Shown here piece by piece: positions 36,787-47,035 of a stretch of DNA of 63,293 nucleotides; position 1 is the stretch's first letter, and each line of letters opens with the position of its first letter. A program made the translations under genes and the position numbers. The notes under the pieces are model-generated. The model worked only from the letters and a program-made list of their open reading frames with translations. It searched no databases and had not been told where the DNA came from. Source of the DNA: a virus. Lineage: Duplodnaviria; Caudoviricetes. The stretch lies in IMG/VR virus record IMGVR_UViG_3300025875_000021, positions 1 to 63,293 of that record. One strand, given 5' to 3'.

Positions 36787-38535
36787 ATGGGACTGTCCAA
36801 CAAAGCTGTACCTATCTACTACGGCCAGTTCCGTGACGCTGTAATCCGAGGCGATGTCCCCGTGAACCGGGAGATCGCTATGGAGATGAACCGAATCGAT
36901 GCACTCATCGACGATCCTCGGTACTTCTACGACGACAAGGCGGTGGAAGGGTTCATTCTCTACTGCGAGAATGAGCTAACTCTGACTGACGGAGGTGATC
37001 TGAATCTGCTCCCCTCATTCAAGCTGTGGGCGGAGCAAATCTTCGGGTGGTACTACTTCGTAGAGCGCAGTGTCTATGAGCCCAATCCCGATGGGCGCGG
37101 TGGGCAGTTCGTTACAAAGGTCATCAAGAAGCGACTGACAGTCAAGCAGTACTTGATCGTCGCTCGAGGTGCAGCGAAGTCGATGTATGCTTCCTGCATT
37201 CAAAACTACTTCCTCAATGTCGATACGGCAACCACGCATCAGATCGCGTGTGCGCCGACGATGAAGCAGGCCGAGGAAGTCATGTCGCCGATCCGCACAT
37301 CAATCACGCGAGCCCGTGGTCCTCTGTTTCAGTTCCTCACCGAGGGATCGATGCAGAACACCACGGGCTCACGTGCTATGCGGGTCAAATTGGCAGCAAC
37401 GAAGAAGGGCGTCGAGAACTTTCTGACAGGGTCTCTTCTCGAGATTCGGCCCATGACCATTAACAAGCTCCAGGGACTTCGAACAAAGGTTTCTACTGTT
37501 GATGAGTGGCTCTCCGGTGATCTCCGTGAGGACGTTATCGGCGCGATCGAGCAGGGAGCATCCAAACTGGATGACTACCTGATTGTTGCTATCAGTTCGG
37601 AGGGAACCGTTCGTAACGGTTCTGGCGACACGATCAAGATGGAGCTAGCAGACATCCTTAAGGGCGAGTACATCGCTCCGCATATCTCTATCTGGCACTA
37701 CAAGCTTGATGACATCGAAGAGGTCAATGATCCTTCAACTTGGGTAAAGGCTAACCCAAACCTGGGCAAGACGGTCACCTATGACGTCTACCAGCTCGAC
37801 GTTGAGCGAGCCGAAAAGCAGCCGGCAACGAGGAATGACATCCTAGCCAAGCGCTTCGGCATTCCGAGGGAAGGCTACAGCTACTTCTTCACCTATGAGG
37901 AGACGCTTCCTCAGCTTCGTAAGCGAAACTATTGGAACATGGGTTGCGCTATGGGCGCAGACCTCTCTCAGGGTGACGACTTCTGTGCCTTCACATTCCT
38001 CTTCCCGTTACCTAACGGCATGTACGGAATCAAGGTGCGAAGCTACATCACAACCTTGACGTTGCACAAGCTGCCTGCAGCAATGCGCTTTAAGTATCAG
38101 GAATTCATTGACGAGCGGAGCCTTCAAGTTCTTGAAGGCACGGTTCTCGACATGATGCAAGTCTACGATGACCTTGAGAAGTACATTGAGAAGGAACATT
38201 ACGATGTTCGAGCTTTTGGGTTCGACCCATACAACGCCAAGGAGTTTGTGACTCGCTGGGAAGCGGAGAACGGACCCTTTGGTCTTGAGAAGGTCATCCA
38301 GGGAGCTAGAACTGAGTCTGTTCCGCTTGGTGAGCTCAAGATTCTGAGTAGTCAGCGGTATTTGCTCTTCGATGAGAATCTGATGCAATTCGCTATGGGT
38401 AATGCGATTACTCTCGAAGACACCAACGGGAACCGCAAGCTCATGAAGAAGCGTCAGGATGAAAAGATCGACAACGTAGCGGCCCTCATGGACGCCTACG
38501 TCGCCTACAAGGCAAACAAGGAGGCGTTCGAGTGA
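36787..38535 (+). CDS. terL: Terminase large subunit
   Basis: VARGAAKS, VDEW, ISSEG, WVKANPNLG, GADLSQGDDF, FDPYNA, KIDNVAALMDA. Confidence 0.92.
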   Translation: MGLSNKAVPIYYGQFRDAVIRGDVPVNREIAMEMNRIDALIDDPRYFYDDKAVEGFILYCENELTLTDGGDLNLLPSFKLWAEQIFGWYYFVERSVYEPNPDGRGGQFVTKVIKKRLTVKQYLIVARGAAKSMYASCIQNYFLNVDTATTHQIACAPTMKQAEEVMSPIRTSITRARGPLFQFLTEGSMQNTTGSRAMRVKLAATKKGVENFLTGSLLEIRPMTINKLQGLRTKVSTVDEWLSGDLREDVIGAIEQGASKLDDYLIVAISSEGTVRNGSGDTIKMELADILKGEYIAPHISIWHYKLDDIEEVNDPSTWVKANPNLGKTVTYDVYQLDVERAEKQPATRNDILAKRFGIPREGYSYFFTYEETLPQLRKRNYWNMGCAMGADLSQGDDFCAFTFLFPLPNGMYGIKVRSYITTLTLHKLPAAMRFKYQEFIDERSLQVLEGTVLDMMQVYDDLEKYIEKEHYDVRAFGFDPYNAKEFVTRWEAENGPFGLEKVIQGARTESVPLGELKILSSQRYLLFDENLMQFAMGNAITLEDTNGNRKLMKKRQDEKIDNVAALMDAYVAYKANKEAFE

Positions 38536-39698
38536 GTTCTACGTCAGAGAGCATTCCCAAGGGTTGGGAGCCTTTCGCTGAGCAGGTCGGAAACATCGGT
38601 TCGGCCATCACAAGGCTTCCAACCCCGGGCGCAACGGAGCGAGACTTACTTATTTCTTCGGGTTTCGATCCGAAGGAGTGGCAGATCGTCGGCGACATTC
38701 AAACACGTCGTTGGATGCGTTATGATCAGGAATGGCTCTACTACTACAAGTTCAACGTCAAGGCTGGAGAGGCCCCCGAGGTTGTCCAGGAGCACATTCA
38801 CGAGCTCGTCAAGCGCATTCGCGCAAGGAAGAGGCGAACTGTTCGTCCTTCTATGAGCGCCAGCGATGCTTTCGTGTTTGCTGCATCGGATTGGCAGATC
38901 GGTAAGCGTGAAGGCGCCGACGGTACTCCTCAAACGGTCCAGAGAGTGCTTGACTCCTTCGAGCAGGCTTCAGATCAGATTAAGGCGCTGCGTCGTCGAG
39001 GAAGAATGATGCCCGAGCTGCTTTTTTCCGGCACCGGAGATCTCGGCGAGGGAACGTGCGGCTTCTATCCAGGACAGCAGTTCCTCATTGATCGTAACCG
39101 TCGTGAACAGGGTCGGATCAACCGTGAGCTGATCACGACGGGGCTCGATATTCTCACGCCCCTCTTCGACAAGACCATCGTGGCCGCCGTTGGAGGTAAC
39201 CACGGAGAGAATCGCAGTCCGGAAGGAAAGCGAATCACCAGCGACGGTGACAACGACGATTGCGCATATTTCGAGGCGGTTAGGGAGGCCTTCGATCGCG
39301 CCGGTCAGACAAACATCGAGTGGAACATCATGGATGACGAGCTCAGTATGGCTGTACTGGCCGGCGGTGTTTCGATCGGGTTGACCCACGGGCACCTCTT
39401 TGAGCGTAGTTCAGGTAGCACGCCTCAGGCCAAGGCGCTTAGCTGGTGGAAGGGCCAGGACTTCGGCTTTAATGCTGTACGCGGCACGAGAATTCTCTTG
39501 AGTTCTCACTTCCACCATTTTTCAGCGACTGTGTCTGGGTCTAGAACTCACTTGCAGACGCCAGCAATGGATCCCGGATCCAAGTGGTACCGAGAGACCC
39601 GAGGCGAAGACTCTCCGCCCGGAACCCTGACTTTCCGCCTGGACGCCGACACGGCTCTTGGGTGGGACGATCTGTCCATCCTTCACCCATCTGTCTGA
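38532..39698 (+). CDS. Calcineurin-like metallophosphoesterase
   Basis: SDWQIG, GDLGEG, GNHGE, THGH, SHFHH. Confidence 0.85.
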   Translation: MSSTSESIPKGWEPFAEQVGNIGSAITRLPTPGATERDLLISSGFDPKEWQIVGDIQTRRWMRYDQEWLYYYKFNVKAGEAPEVVQEHIHELVKRIRARKRRTVRPSMSASDAFVFAASDWQIGKREGADGTPQTVQRVLDSFEQASDQIKALRRRGRMMPELLFSGTGDLGEGTCGFYPGQQFLIDRNRREQGRINRELITTGLDILTPLFDKTIVAAVGGNHGENRSPEGKRITSDGDNDDCAYFEAVREAFDRAGQTNIEWNIMDDELSMAVLAGGVSIGLTHGHLFERSSGSTPQAKALSWWKGQDFGFNAVRGTRILLSSHFHHFSATVSGSRTHLQTPAMDPGSKWYRETRGEDSPPGTLTFRLDADTALGWDDLSILHPSV

Positions 39699-39711
39699 AA
39701 GGAGGTGAGTA

Positions 39712-40956
39712 ATGGCAGTACGTGACAGGCTATCACATGCCTGGAACGCCTTCTTGGACGGCCGAGTTGAGTCTCGTCCTATGCACTCCTGGGAAGGCTA
39801 CGGCGCCACATATTCGGGACGTCCGGATCAGCGCCGGCTCAACATGTCAAACGAGCGATCAATCATCGCCTCCATCTATACCAGAATCGCGATCGACGTC
39901 GCTTCTACGCAGATTCGACACGTAGTTCTGGACGACAATGACCGCTACCTCTCGGACAAGCCGAGTGGATTGAACGAGTGCCTTAAGGTTGAGGCAAACC
40001 TCGATCAGGGTCCTCGAGCCTTTGTCCAGGACATCGTTATGACTTTGTTCGACAAGGGCCATGCTTGCATTGTACCTGTTGAGACATCGCTCGATCCCGC
40101 AGTGTCTTCCGGATACGATATTCGAGACATTCGTGTCGGTGAGATTGTTCAGTGGATGCCGCGTCACGTACGAGTCAGTTTGTACAACGACGAGCGTGGT
40201 CGGTACGAGGAAGTCGTGCTTGAAAAGCGATTCTGCGCTATCATCTATAATCCGCTGCATGCGGTGATGAACGAGCCGAACTCGACACTGCAGCGACTGA
40301 TTCGTAAGATCAACCTTCTCGACATGACTGATGAGAAGAACAGTTCTGGAAAGCTAGACCTCCTTATTCAGCTTCCGTACACAATCAAGACTGAAACCAG
40401 GCGCCAGCAAGCAGAACTCCGGCGCAAGGACATCGAGATGCAGCTGACGGGAAGCAAGTACGGTATCGCCTACACGGATGGTACCGAGAAGGTTACGCAG
40501 CTTAATCGTCCGGTTGAAAACAACCTCTTCGCACAGGTCAAGGAGCTCAAGGAGCAGCTATATTCCGAGTTGGGAATCACCGCTTCGGTCATGGATGGTA
40601 CCGCTGATGAAGCGGCCATGCTGAACTACTACAACCGAACTGTCGAGCCCATCCTTGGTTCCATTGTTGAGGCTATGCGCCGAGCGTTCCTCACTAAGAC
40701 TGCTCGTTCACAGAAGCAGTCAATCGTTTATTTCCGAGATCCATTTAAGCTCGTTCCACTGATGAACATTGCCGAGATCGCGGACAAGTTCACTCGAAAC
40801 GAGATCATGAGTTCAAATGAGTTGCGATCCGTCATCAGCCTTAAGCCGTCGTCGGATCCCAAGGCGGACGAACTCCGTAATAGCAACATGCCTGCTCCGT
40901 CGGAGCCTGAGGCACCCCCCGAGAACAACAAGAACACGGAAGGAGACAGTCCATGA
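39712..40956 (+). CDS. Portal protein
   Basis: 414 aa between terminase and capsid; IYTRIAIDVA, YYNRTVEP, SNELR. Confidence 0.85.
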   Translation: MAVRDRLSHAWNAFLDGRVESRPMHSWEGYGATYSGRPDQRRLNMSNERSIIASIYTRIAIDVASTQIRHVVLDDNDRYLSDKPSGLNECLKVEANLDQGPRAFVQDIVMTLFDKGHACIVPVETSLDPAVSSGYDIRDIRVGEIVQWMPRHVRVSLYNDERGRYEEVVLEKRFCAIIYNPLHAVMNEPNSTLQRLIRKINLLDMTDEKNSSGKLDLLIQLPYTIKTETRRQQAELRRKDIEMQLTGSKYGIAYTDGTEKVTQLNRPVENNLFAQVKELKEQLYSELGITASVMDGTADEAAMLNYYNRTVEPILGSIVEAMRRAFLTKTARSQKQSIVYFRDPFKLVPLMNIAEIADKFTRNEIMSSNELRSVISLKPSSDPKADELRNSNMPAPSEPEAPPENNKNTEGDSP

Positions 40957-43052
40957 CCGAAGCTGATTTCAGTGGCTACGTCACCAAGGCTGGCCTCAGG
41001 TGCTCCGATGGTCGGACCATCACCCCCGAGGCCTTCAAGCACCAGGACAAGATCCGTGTCCCGCTGGTTTACCAGCACGGACACAACAGCATCGATAACG
41101 TCCTGGGGCACGTCGATCTGGAGGCCCGTGAGGACGGCGTCTACGGGTACGGCTACTTCAACGACACCAAGCAGGGTGAGACTGCGAAGGAGCTCGTTAA
41201 GCACGAGGACATCACCATGATGTCCATCTTTGCGAACCAGCTGGTGGAGCGCAGCAAGCAGGTGCTCCACGGGTTTATTCGTGAGGTGAGCCTCGTCCTC
41301 TCGGGTGCCAATCCCGGCGCCAAGATCGATTACGTTCGTGTCGCACACAGTGACGGTTCGTTCGATGACGCAGAGGATGTGGCGGTCATCTACACCGGGC
41401 TCGCACTCGAGCACGGCACGAAGACCTACCAGACCAAGACGACCACCACGACGACGAACCTCGTCGATGGGGTTGTCAAGGGCACTCGTAGTGAGACCAA
41501 CGAGTCGACTCGTACTCACGAGGAGGACGAGACCGCCCCCGGTCTCGCCTATAGCGATCTCGAGCACGCAGAGGGAGAGTCCCTCGACGCCATCTTCAAG
41601 TCGATGACGCCGAAGCAGCAGGACTACGTCAAGTTCGTGGTGGGCGCCGCCCTCGAGGACAACGACGACGCTGATGGTGCGGGCTCTAAGGGCGGATCCG
41701 CCGCCCAGTCCGGTATCGACAGCAGCATCACCACCAACGAGGGCAACCTCACTCACCAGGAAGGATCCACCATCGTGTCCCGAGTCTTCGACCAGAGCGC
41801 CATTGGCGCGACCAGCAAGTCCCTGTCGCACAGCGACTGCATGGACCTGCTCTCCAAGGCGAAGGAGACTGGCTCCTTCAAGGAGGCCTTCGCTTCCTTC
41901 GCTTCCGAGAAGGAGCTCAGCCACAGTGAGCTCGCTCACTCCATCACTAACCTTGAGATCCTCTTCCCCGAGGCCAAGAACCCTGATGGCGAGACCCCTC
42001 AGTGGGTTTCCCGCCGGATGGAGTGGGTTGCTGGTGTTCTAAACGGTACCCGCAAGGCGCCGTTCGCTAACATCAAGACGGTGCTCGCGGACATCACGGC
42101 TGACGAGGCTCGCGCGCGCGGCTATGTCAAGGGTAACCAGAAGGTCGACGAGGTGCTGACGCTTCTGCGCCGATCCACCAAGCCGACTACCATCTATAAG
42201 AAGCAGTCGCTGGACCGGGACGACCTGGTTGACATCACCGACTTCAACGTCGTGCTGTGGCTCAAGGCCGAGATGCGGATGATGATCGAGGAGGAGCTCG
42301 CTCGATGCATCCTCGTCGGTGACGGCCGCTCTGCGGTCAGCCCGGACAAGGTCAAGGACCCGATGGGTTCGATCGACGGTACCGGTATTCGCTCGGTCCT
42401 GCACGACAGCGACCTGTACTCGATTAAGGTCGACATGGACGCCAACGTGTCCATCAAGGACACCGTCAAGGGGCTCGTGCGTGCGCGCTCGAAGTTCCGC
42501 GGTTCCGGCAAGCCGACGCTGTTCATCAGCGACGCGCTGCTGACCGAGATCATGCTCGACGAGGACAAGTTCGGTCGCTCGCTCTACGAGACGGAGCAGG
42601 TCCTCCGGGACAAGCTTCGTGTCAGCAACATCGTGACGGTCGAGATCATGGACGACCACCAGGACCTGTTCGCCATCATGGTGAGCCTGTCCGACTACAC
42701 GATCGGTGCTACTCGGGGTGGTGAGCTGACCTCGTTCGAGGACTTCGACATCGACTTCAACAAGCACAAGTACCTGCAGGAGACCCGCCTGTCCGGTGCG
42801 CTCACGAAGCCGTTCTCTGCCGTCGTCGTCCGTCGTCTGCTCGGTCTGCTGGCTGAGGCCCAGGCTCCGAGCTACAACGGTGCCACTGACACGGTGACCG
42901 TCCCCAACAAGGCGGGCGTGTTCTACACGGTCAACGACGAGGTCGTCACTGGTGACGTCGTTGTCACCGGCCCGACGGAGTTCACGGCTCACGCGGCCGA
43001 GGGCCACTACCTGGAGTTCAACACGACTCGTACCTGGACGTACGCGCCGTAA
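40953..43052 (+). CDS. Prohead protease-major capsid fusion
   Basis: FSGY..CSDGRTI, VPLVYQH, MSI, EVSLVLSGANPGA (HK97-type protease); C-terminal capsid-like domain EEELARCILVGDG..FDIDFN. Confidence 0.88.
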   Translation: MTEADFSGYVTKAGLRCSDGRTITPEAFKHQDKIRVPLVYQHGHNSIDNVLGHVDLEAREDGVYGYGYFNDTKQGETAKELVKHEDITMMSIFANQLVERSKQVLHGFIREVSLVLSGANPGAKIDYVRVAHSDGSFDDAEDVAVIYTGLALEHGTKTYQTKTTTTTTNLVDGVVKGTRSETNESTRTHEEDETAPGLAYSDLEHAEGESLDAIFKSMTPKQQDYVKFVVGAALEDNDDADGAGSKGGSAAQSGIDSSITTNEGNLTHQEGSTIVSRVFDQSAIGATSKSLSHSDCMDLLSKAKETGSFKEAFASFASEKELSHSELAHSITNLEILFPEAKNPDGETPQWVSRRMEWVAGVLNGTRKAPFANIKTVLADITADEARARGYVKGNQKVDEVLTLLRRSTKPTTIYKKQSLDRDDLVDITDFNVVLWLKAEMRMMIEEELARCILVGDGRSAVSPDKVKDPMGSIDGTGIRSVLHDSDLYSIKVDMDANVSIKDTVKGLVRARSKFRGSGKPTLFISDALLTEIMLDEDKFGRSLYETEQVLRDKLRVSNIVTVEIMDDHQDLFAIMVSLSDYTIGATRGGELTSFEDFDIDFNKHKYLQETRLSGALTKPFSAVVVRRLLGLLAEAQAPSYNGATDTVTVPNKAGVFYTVNDEVVTGDVVVTGPTEFTAHAAEGHYLEFNTTRTWTYAP

Positions 43053-43066
43053 CCTACGGAGGCAGC

Positions 43067-43393
43067 ATGGCAAGGTTCTATGGCGAGGTAGGATACGCGT
43101 TGGGCACGGTCGAAATCGAACCGGGCATTTGGGACGATTTAATCACAGAGCGCATGCACTACGGCGATGTGGTAAAGGATTCCCGAAGGTTCGTCAATGG
43201 TGAGAGTGTCAACGACAATCTTACTGTTGGTAACTCGATTGAGATCATGGCCGATGACTTTGTCGGTGAACACATGTCTGCCATCAAGTACGTGAAGCTG
43301 GCGGGGGTGCGTTGGGAAGTGACTGAGATCACGGACAAGCGCCCCCGCCTGCTTCTTCGTCTAGGAGGTGTCTACAATGGCCCGACGGGTTGA
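43067..43393 (+). CDS. Head-tail joining protein
   Basis: Position after capsid; RFYGEVGY..PGIW, RPRLLL.LGGVYNG. Confidence 0.65.
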   Translation: MARFYGEVGYALGTVEIEPGIWDDLITERMHYGDVVKDSRRFVNGESVNDNLTVGNSIEIMADDFVGEHMSAIKYVKLAGVRWEVTEITDKRPRLLLRLGGVYNGPTG

Positions 43394-43682
43394 GCTTCAG
43401 GCCCTTCTTGAGGTGCTGCTGGAAGATGACAGTGTCTACTTCCAGCCCCCTGGAAGTCAATCAATGACTTATCCAGCGATCACATACAAACTCGACGACA
43501 TCATTCCCGAGTTTGCCGACAACGTCCCCTATCTTCACGCAAAGCGTTACCAAGTGACGCTTATCACGAGAACACCCAACGAGAACTTCGTTGATGCGCT
43601 CGCAGCTCTACCGATGTGTGTCTTCCAGAGACATTACGTCATGAACAACCTCAACCACTACGTGTACAATCTCTACTTCTGA
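43377..43682 (+). CDS. Tail terminator-like protein
   Basis: VYFQPP..MTYPAI.Y, ADN.PY. Confidence 0.65.
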   Translation: MARRVELQALLEVLLEDDSVYFQPPGSQSMTYPAITYKLDDIIPEFADNVPYLHAKRYQVTLITRTPNENFVDALAALPMCVFQRHYVMNNLNHYVYNLYF

Positions 43683-43696
43683 AGGGAAGTAACAAC

Positions 43697-44404
43697 ATGC
43701 GTCAGATTAAGTGGGACCAGGTCGGTGAGCGCCGGTTCGAGACCGGTGTCGACCACGGTGTCCTCTACCTGCCCAACACCGAGGGCGTCTATGCCTCCGG
43801 TTTCGCCTGGAACGGCCTCACCGCAGTCACCGAGTCGCCGTCTGGTGCGGAGTCCAACCCGCAGTACGCGGACAACATCAAGTACCTGAACCTCACGTCG
43901 GCGGAGGAGTTCGGCGCCACTGTCGAGGCCTTCACGTACCCCGACGAGTTTGCCGAGTGCGACGGCACCGCGGTGCCCGAGGCTGGCGTCTACATCGGTC
44001 AGCAGCGTCGTCGGCAGTTCGGTATCTCGTACCGAACGCAGCTCGGCAACGATCTCGAGGGCACGGGGTTCGGCTACAAGCTGCACCTCGTCTACGGTGC
44101 TCTTGCGGCTCCGTCGGAGAAGGGCTACACGACCGTCAACGACTCGCCCGAGGCGCTGACGTTCAGCTGGGAGCTCACCACGACTCCGGTCGAGGTCGGC
44201 GTCGTCGATGACAAGGAGTACGGCCCCACGGCTTCGCTCGTTGTCGACAGCACCAAGGTCTCGCCGGCCGCTCTGGCGGACCTGGAGGAGATTCTCTACG
44301 GTGTCGAGGCATCGACTGACCCGGTTGTGGCTGCTGTCGCTCCGCGTCTTCCGCTGCCGCTGGAGGTCATTGCCCTCTTCGCTGCCGCTCCGGTGGCTCC
44401 GTAG
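43697..44404 (+). CDS. Major tail protein
   Basis: WDQVGERRFETGVDHGVLY, AWNGLTAV, YADNIKY, GYKLHLVY, FSWE; GC3-rich codons. Confidence 0.85.
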   Translation: MRQIKWDQVGERRFETGVDHGVLYLPNTEGVYASGFAWNGLTAVTESPSGAESNPQYADNIKYLNLTSAEEFGATVEAFTYPDEFAECDGTAVPEAGVYIGQQRRRQFGISYRTQLGNDLEGTGFGYKLHLVYGALAAPSEKGYTTVNDSPEALTFSWELTTTPVEVGVVDDKEYGPTASLVVDSTKVSPAALADLEEILYGVEASTDPVVAAVAPRLPLPLEVIALFAAAPVAP

Positions 44405-44433
44405 TACCAGTCCTGACATGAGGAGGCCAGAGA

Positions 44434-44973
44434 GTGCTCAAGATTAACGTGATTTTGTCCGAGGATTACAACGAGGCGACGAACGAGTTTGTCGTCAAGG
44501 CGTTCCCCTTGGAGCTTGAGCACTCTCTGGTTTCCCTGTCAAAATGGGAGTCTCACTGGGAGAAGCCCTTTCTAGCAACGGCGGAAAAGTCAGCGGAAGA
44601 GCTGCTTTGGTACATCAAGGCAATGGTATTGACTCCGGACGTTCCTGCTGAGGTCTTTGATCTACTGTCGCAGGAGAACATCAAGGGCATTAACGACTAC
44701 ATCAACTCAAAGCAAACCGCGACCTGGTTTGCTGAAGAGAAGAACCGCCCAACAAGTCGAGAGATCATCACAGCAGAGGTAATCTACTACTGGATGGTCG
44801 CTCTTCAGATTAACTGGGAAGCTCAGTATTGGCACCTAGGTAAGCTGTTGACGTTGGTGCAGGTCATCAACGAGAAGCAGAAGCCTGAAAAGAAGATGAG
44901 CCCTCGAGAACTTGCTCAGAAGCGTCGAGACATCAATGCTCAGCGAAAGCAGCAACACAAGACTACAGGATAG
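44434..44973 (+). CDS. Tail assembly chaperone
   Basis: Follows the major tail gene; LEHSLVSLSKWES, ITAEVIYYWM, WHL.KLLTL. Confidence 0.65.
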   Translation: MLKINVILSEDYNEATNEFVVKAFPLELEHSLVSLSKWESHWEKPFLATAEKSAEELLWYIKAMVLTPDVPAEVFDLLSQENIKGINDYINSKQTATWFAEEKNRPTSREIITAEVIYYWMVALQINWEAQYWHLGKLLTLVQVINEKQKPEKKMSPRELAQKRRDINAQRKQQHKTTG

Positions 44974-44984
44974 GGAGGCCCCGC

Positions 44985-45767
44985 ATGTCCAGACTCGTTT
45001 GGAACAACACGCCGAACAAGCGATACGAGGACGGCTGCGATCGAGGCGTTCTGTATCCGAAGGACCGGTCAGGCGTTGCATGGAACGGGCTTGTGGCCGT
45101 TGAGGAAAGCTACGTGGGTGGCGAGGTCACTGCGCATCACTACGATGGTGTGAAGTACGTTGATTTGGCCACGCCTCGAAATTTTCAGGCGAAGCTTACT
45201 GCTTTTTCTGCTCCGCGGGAATTTTCGGCATGTGTTGGTGAAAAGCCGGTCGTTCCGGGATTCATTCTGACACGCCAGTCTCGTGTTTTGTTCGACTTCT
45301 CATACAGAACTCGCATCGGTGACGGCCTCGGATACAAGATCCATTTGGTCTATAACGCTTTGGCAAGTAACGATAGTCGAAGTTACGGAACTCTCAGCAA
45401 CGATGCGTCGCCATCAGTTATGAGTTGGAAGATTGATGCGACGCCCCCCCAAAGCGAGCTCTATCGTCCTTCGGCTCACTACATGCTCGATTCAACCAAG
45501 CTAAACCGAGACCTGCTTAGTGGACTCGAGGATATTCTGTATGGGACAAACGAAGTAAACCCAAGAATTCCCTCTGTTGAGGAACTCGTGGGGCTGGTCA
45601 CTTTCTGGGGACCCGTCGTCATCACACCTAACACAGCAACGGGTCTTTCTGCTCTGGTATCCGGGGTAGGAGACCTGTTCACGTCAGGAGTGCCAGGCAT
45701 ATTCCGCGGTCTTCCAAAGTCGCGTCTAACCAAGTCCGCCACCAACGGTTTCTACAGATTGGAGTGA
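44985..45767 (+). CDS. Major-tail-protein paralog 2
   Basis: YEDGCDRGVLY, AWNGLVAV, GYKIHLVYN. Confidence 0.8.
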   Translation: MSRLVWNNTPNKRYEDGCDRGVLYPKDRSGVAWNGLVAVEESYVGGEVTAHHYDGVKYVDLATPRNFQAKLTAFSAPREFSACVGEKPVVPGFILTRQSRVLFDFSYRTRIGDGLGYKIHLVYNALASNDSRSYGTLSNDASPSVMSWKIDATPPQSELYRPSAHYMLDSTKLNRDLLSGLEDILYGTNEVNPRIPSVEELVGLVTFWGPVVITPNTATGLSALVSGVGDLFTSGVPGIFRGLPKSRLTKSATNGFYRLE

Positions 45768-45770
45768 TCC

Positions 45771-46685
45771 GTGCCTACATACGATCTTTACCCAGCAGTT
45801 GATGAGAACTACCGGTTCGCACCGGAGGTTCGCGCTGCTCTTGCTACTTCACCCGAACTTCGCAACACGGTAGTTCCTATGACCACAACCGAGAGGAACA
45901 ACCTTCTCGGGGAGCGTCTGTGGAACGGACGCCTGATCTATAACACCACGACCCGCCGGATCGACAAGTACGATCTCGTTCGAGGCGGATGGGTGGCTCT
46001 GGCTGATCAGGGTGACACGATTGTTCCGATGTCGAATGCAGCACGGGATAATCTCTCCGGGGGAGAACTCTGGCACAACAGGATGATCTTGAACCTCGAT
46101 CAGGAGAGGATCAACCGATACGACGAAGACACAAAGTCCTGGAAGATCGTCGTTGAGAGAGACGATCTGACGCTGCTTCTTGCTACGTCAGGAACGCCCG
46201 CTAGCGTTGGTGGCATTCAGGGAAGTCGAGGAACGTCGGCTTCTGCGGCGCGCGCTGACCACGTCCACGCGAGCCCGCTTTCTGGTGGATACATTCGTGG
46301 AAACGCGTATATTCCCCCGGAGTCACTGGGGAAGCTTCAGGTTTCAACGATCCTTAGGGCTGTCAGTGTTGCTGGGTGGGCGCAAGCCAAGCGCGTTAAG
46401 TTCTATCAGCAGTACTATGTTAACTTCGATTGGTATACGCCAAATACTGCTGAGTCTGAAATCCTAATGACGGAAAATGCTGGGAGTTTTGGCTCCACCT
46501 ACAGGCAGTTATTTCCTCGTCCGGATAATCGAGTTTCGCTTCCTGTAAACTCGAACAACACGAGTCTTGAGCAGTTCTACTACGATTCGTCTTCGCAGAC
46601 ACTATACTTCTACCTCAAGGGCTCACAGGTTGAGGGAACCACAACTGTTGGTGGATTTACCATTCGCTGGATTGCTGAGATCTGA
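45771..46685 (+). CDS. Minor tail/fibre protein with an internal duplication
   Basis: TVVPM..ERNNL.G..LW and TIVPM..ARDNL.G..LW; ARADHVH. Confidence 0.7.
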   Translation: MPTYDLYPAVDENYRFAPEVRAALATSPELRNTVVPMTTTERNNLLGERLWNGRLIYNTTTRRIDKYDLVRGGWVALADQGDTIVPMSNAARDNLSGGELWHNRMILNLDQERINRYDEDTKSWKIVVERDDLTLLLATSGTPASVGGIQGSRGTSASAARADHVHASPLSGGYIRGNAYIPPESLGKLQVSTILRAVSVAGWAQAKRVKFYQQYYVNFDWYTPNTAESEILMTENAGSFGSTYRQLFPRPDNRVSLPVNSNNTSLEQFYYDSSSQTLYFYLKGSQVEGTTTVGGFTIRWIAEI

Positions 46686-46687
46686 TC

Positions 46688-47026
46688 GTGCGGATCATTC
46701 ACAAGAACGACGTTGTGCTTGCAACTATCGACGGTGAAAACGTTAAGGCAGTCCTGGATGCACTTGGTATGACTTCAAATCAAGTCAGCACCATCTCGCT
46801 GGACGCAAATCAGTCTCGAAGTTTGGAGGGTCGAGCTTGGTCAGTGCAAAACGGCAAGTTGGTAATTGGCGACGTTCTAAACTTTGCACAACCGGTCCCC
46901 GTACTGGAAGAGCCTTCAACTCCGAGTGGTGACTTTCAGATCGAGACCCGCCGCCTAATTACACAGCTTCAGGCAGCACTCGAAGCTGTTCAAACGGAGC
47001 TGGCAGCACTCAAGTCACAAGCTTAA
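46688..47026 (+). CDS. Hypothetical tail-region protein
   Basis: C-terminal coiled coil. Confidence 0.65.
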   Translation: MRIIHKNDVVLATIDGENVKAVLDALGMTSNQVSTISLDANQSRSLEGRAWSVQNGKLVIGDVLNFAQPVPVLEEPSTPSGDFQIETRRLITQLQAALEAVQTELAALKSQA

Positions 47027-47035
47027 GGAGGTGAC

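Noticed and set aside
44434-44985. Tail assembly chaperone frameshift
   Set aside because: No slippery site with a second overlapping ORF; the next gene is a tail-tube paralog with its own RBS
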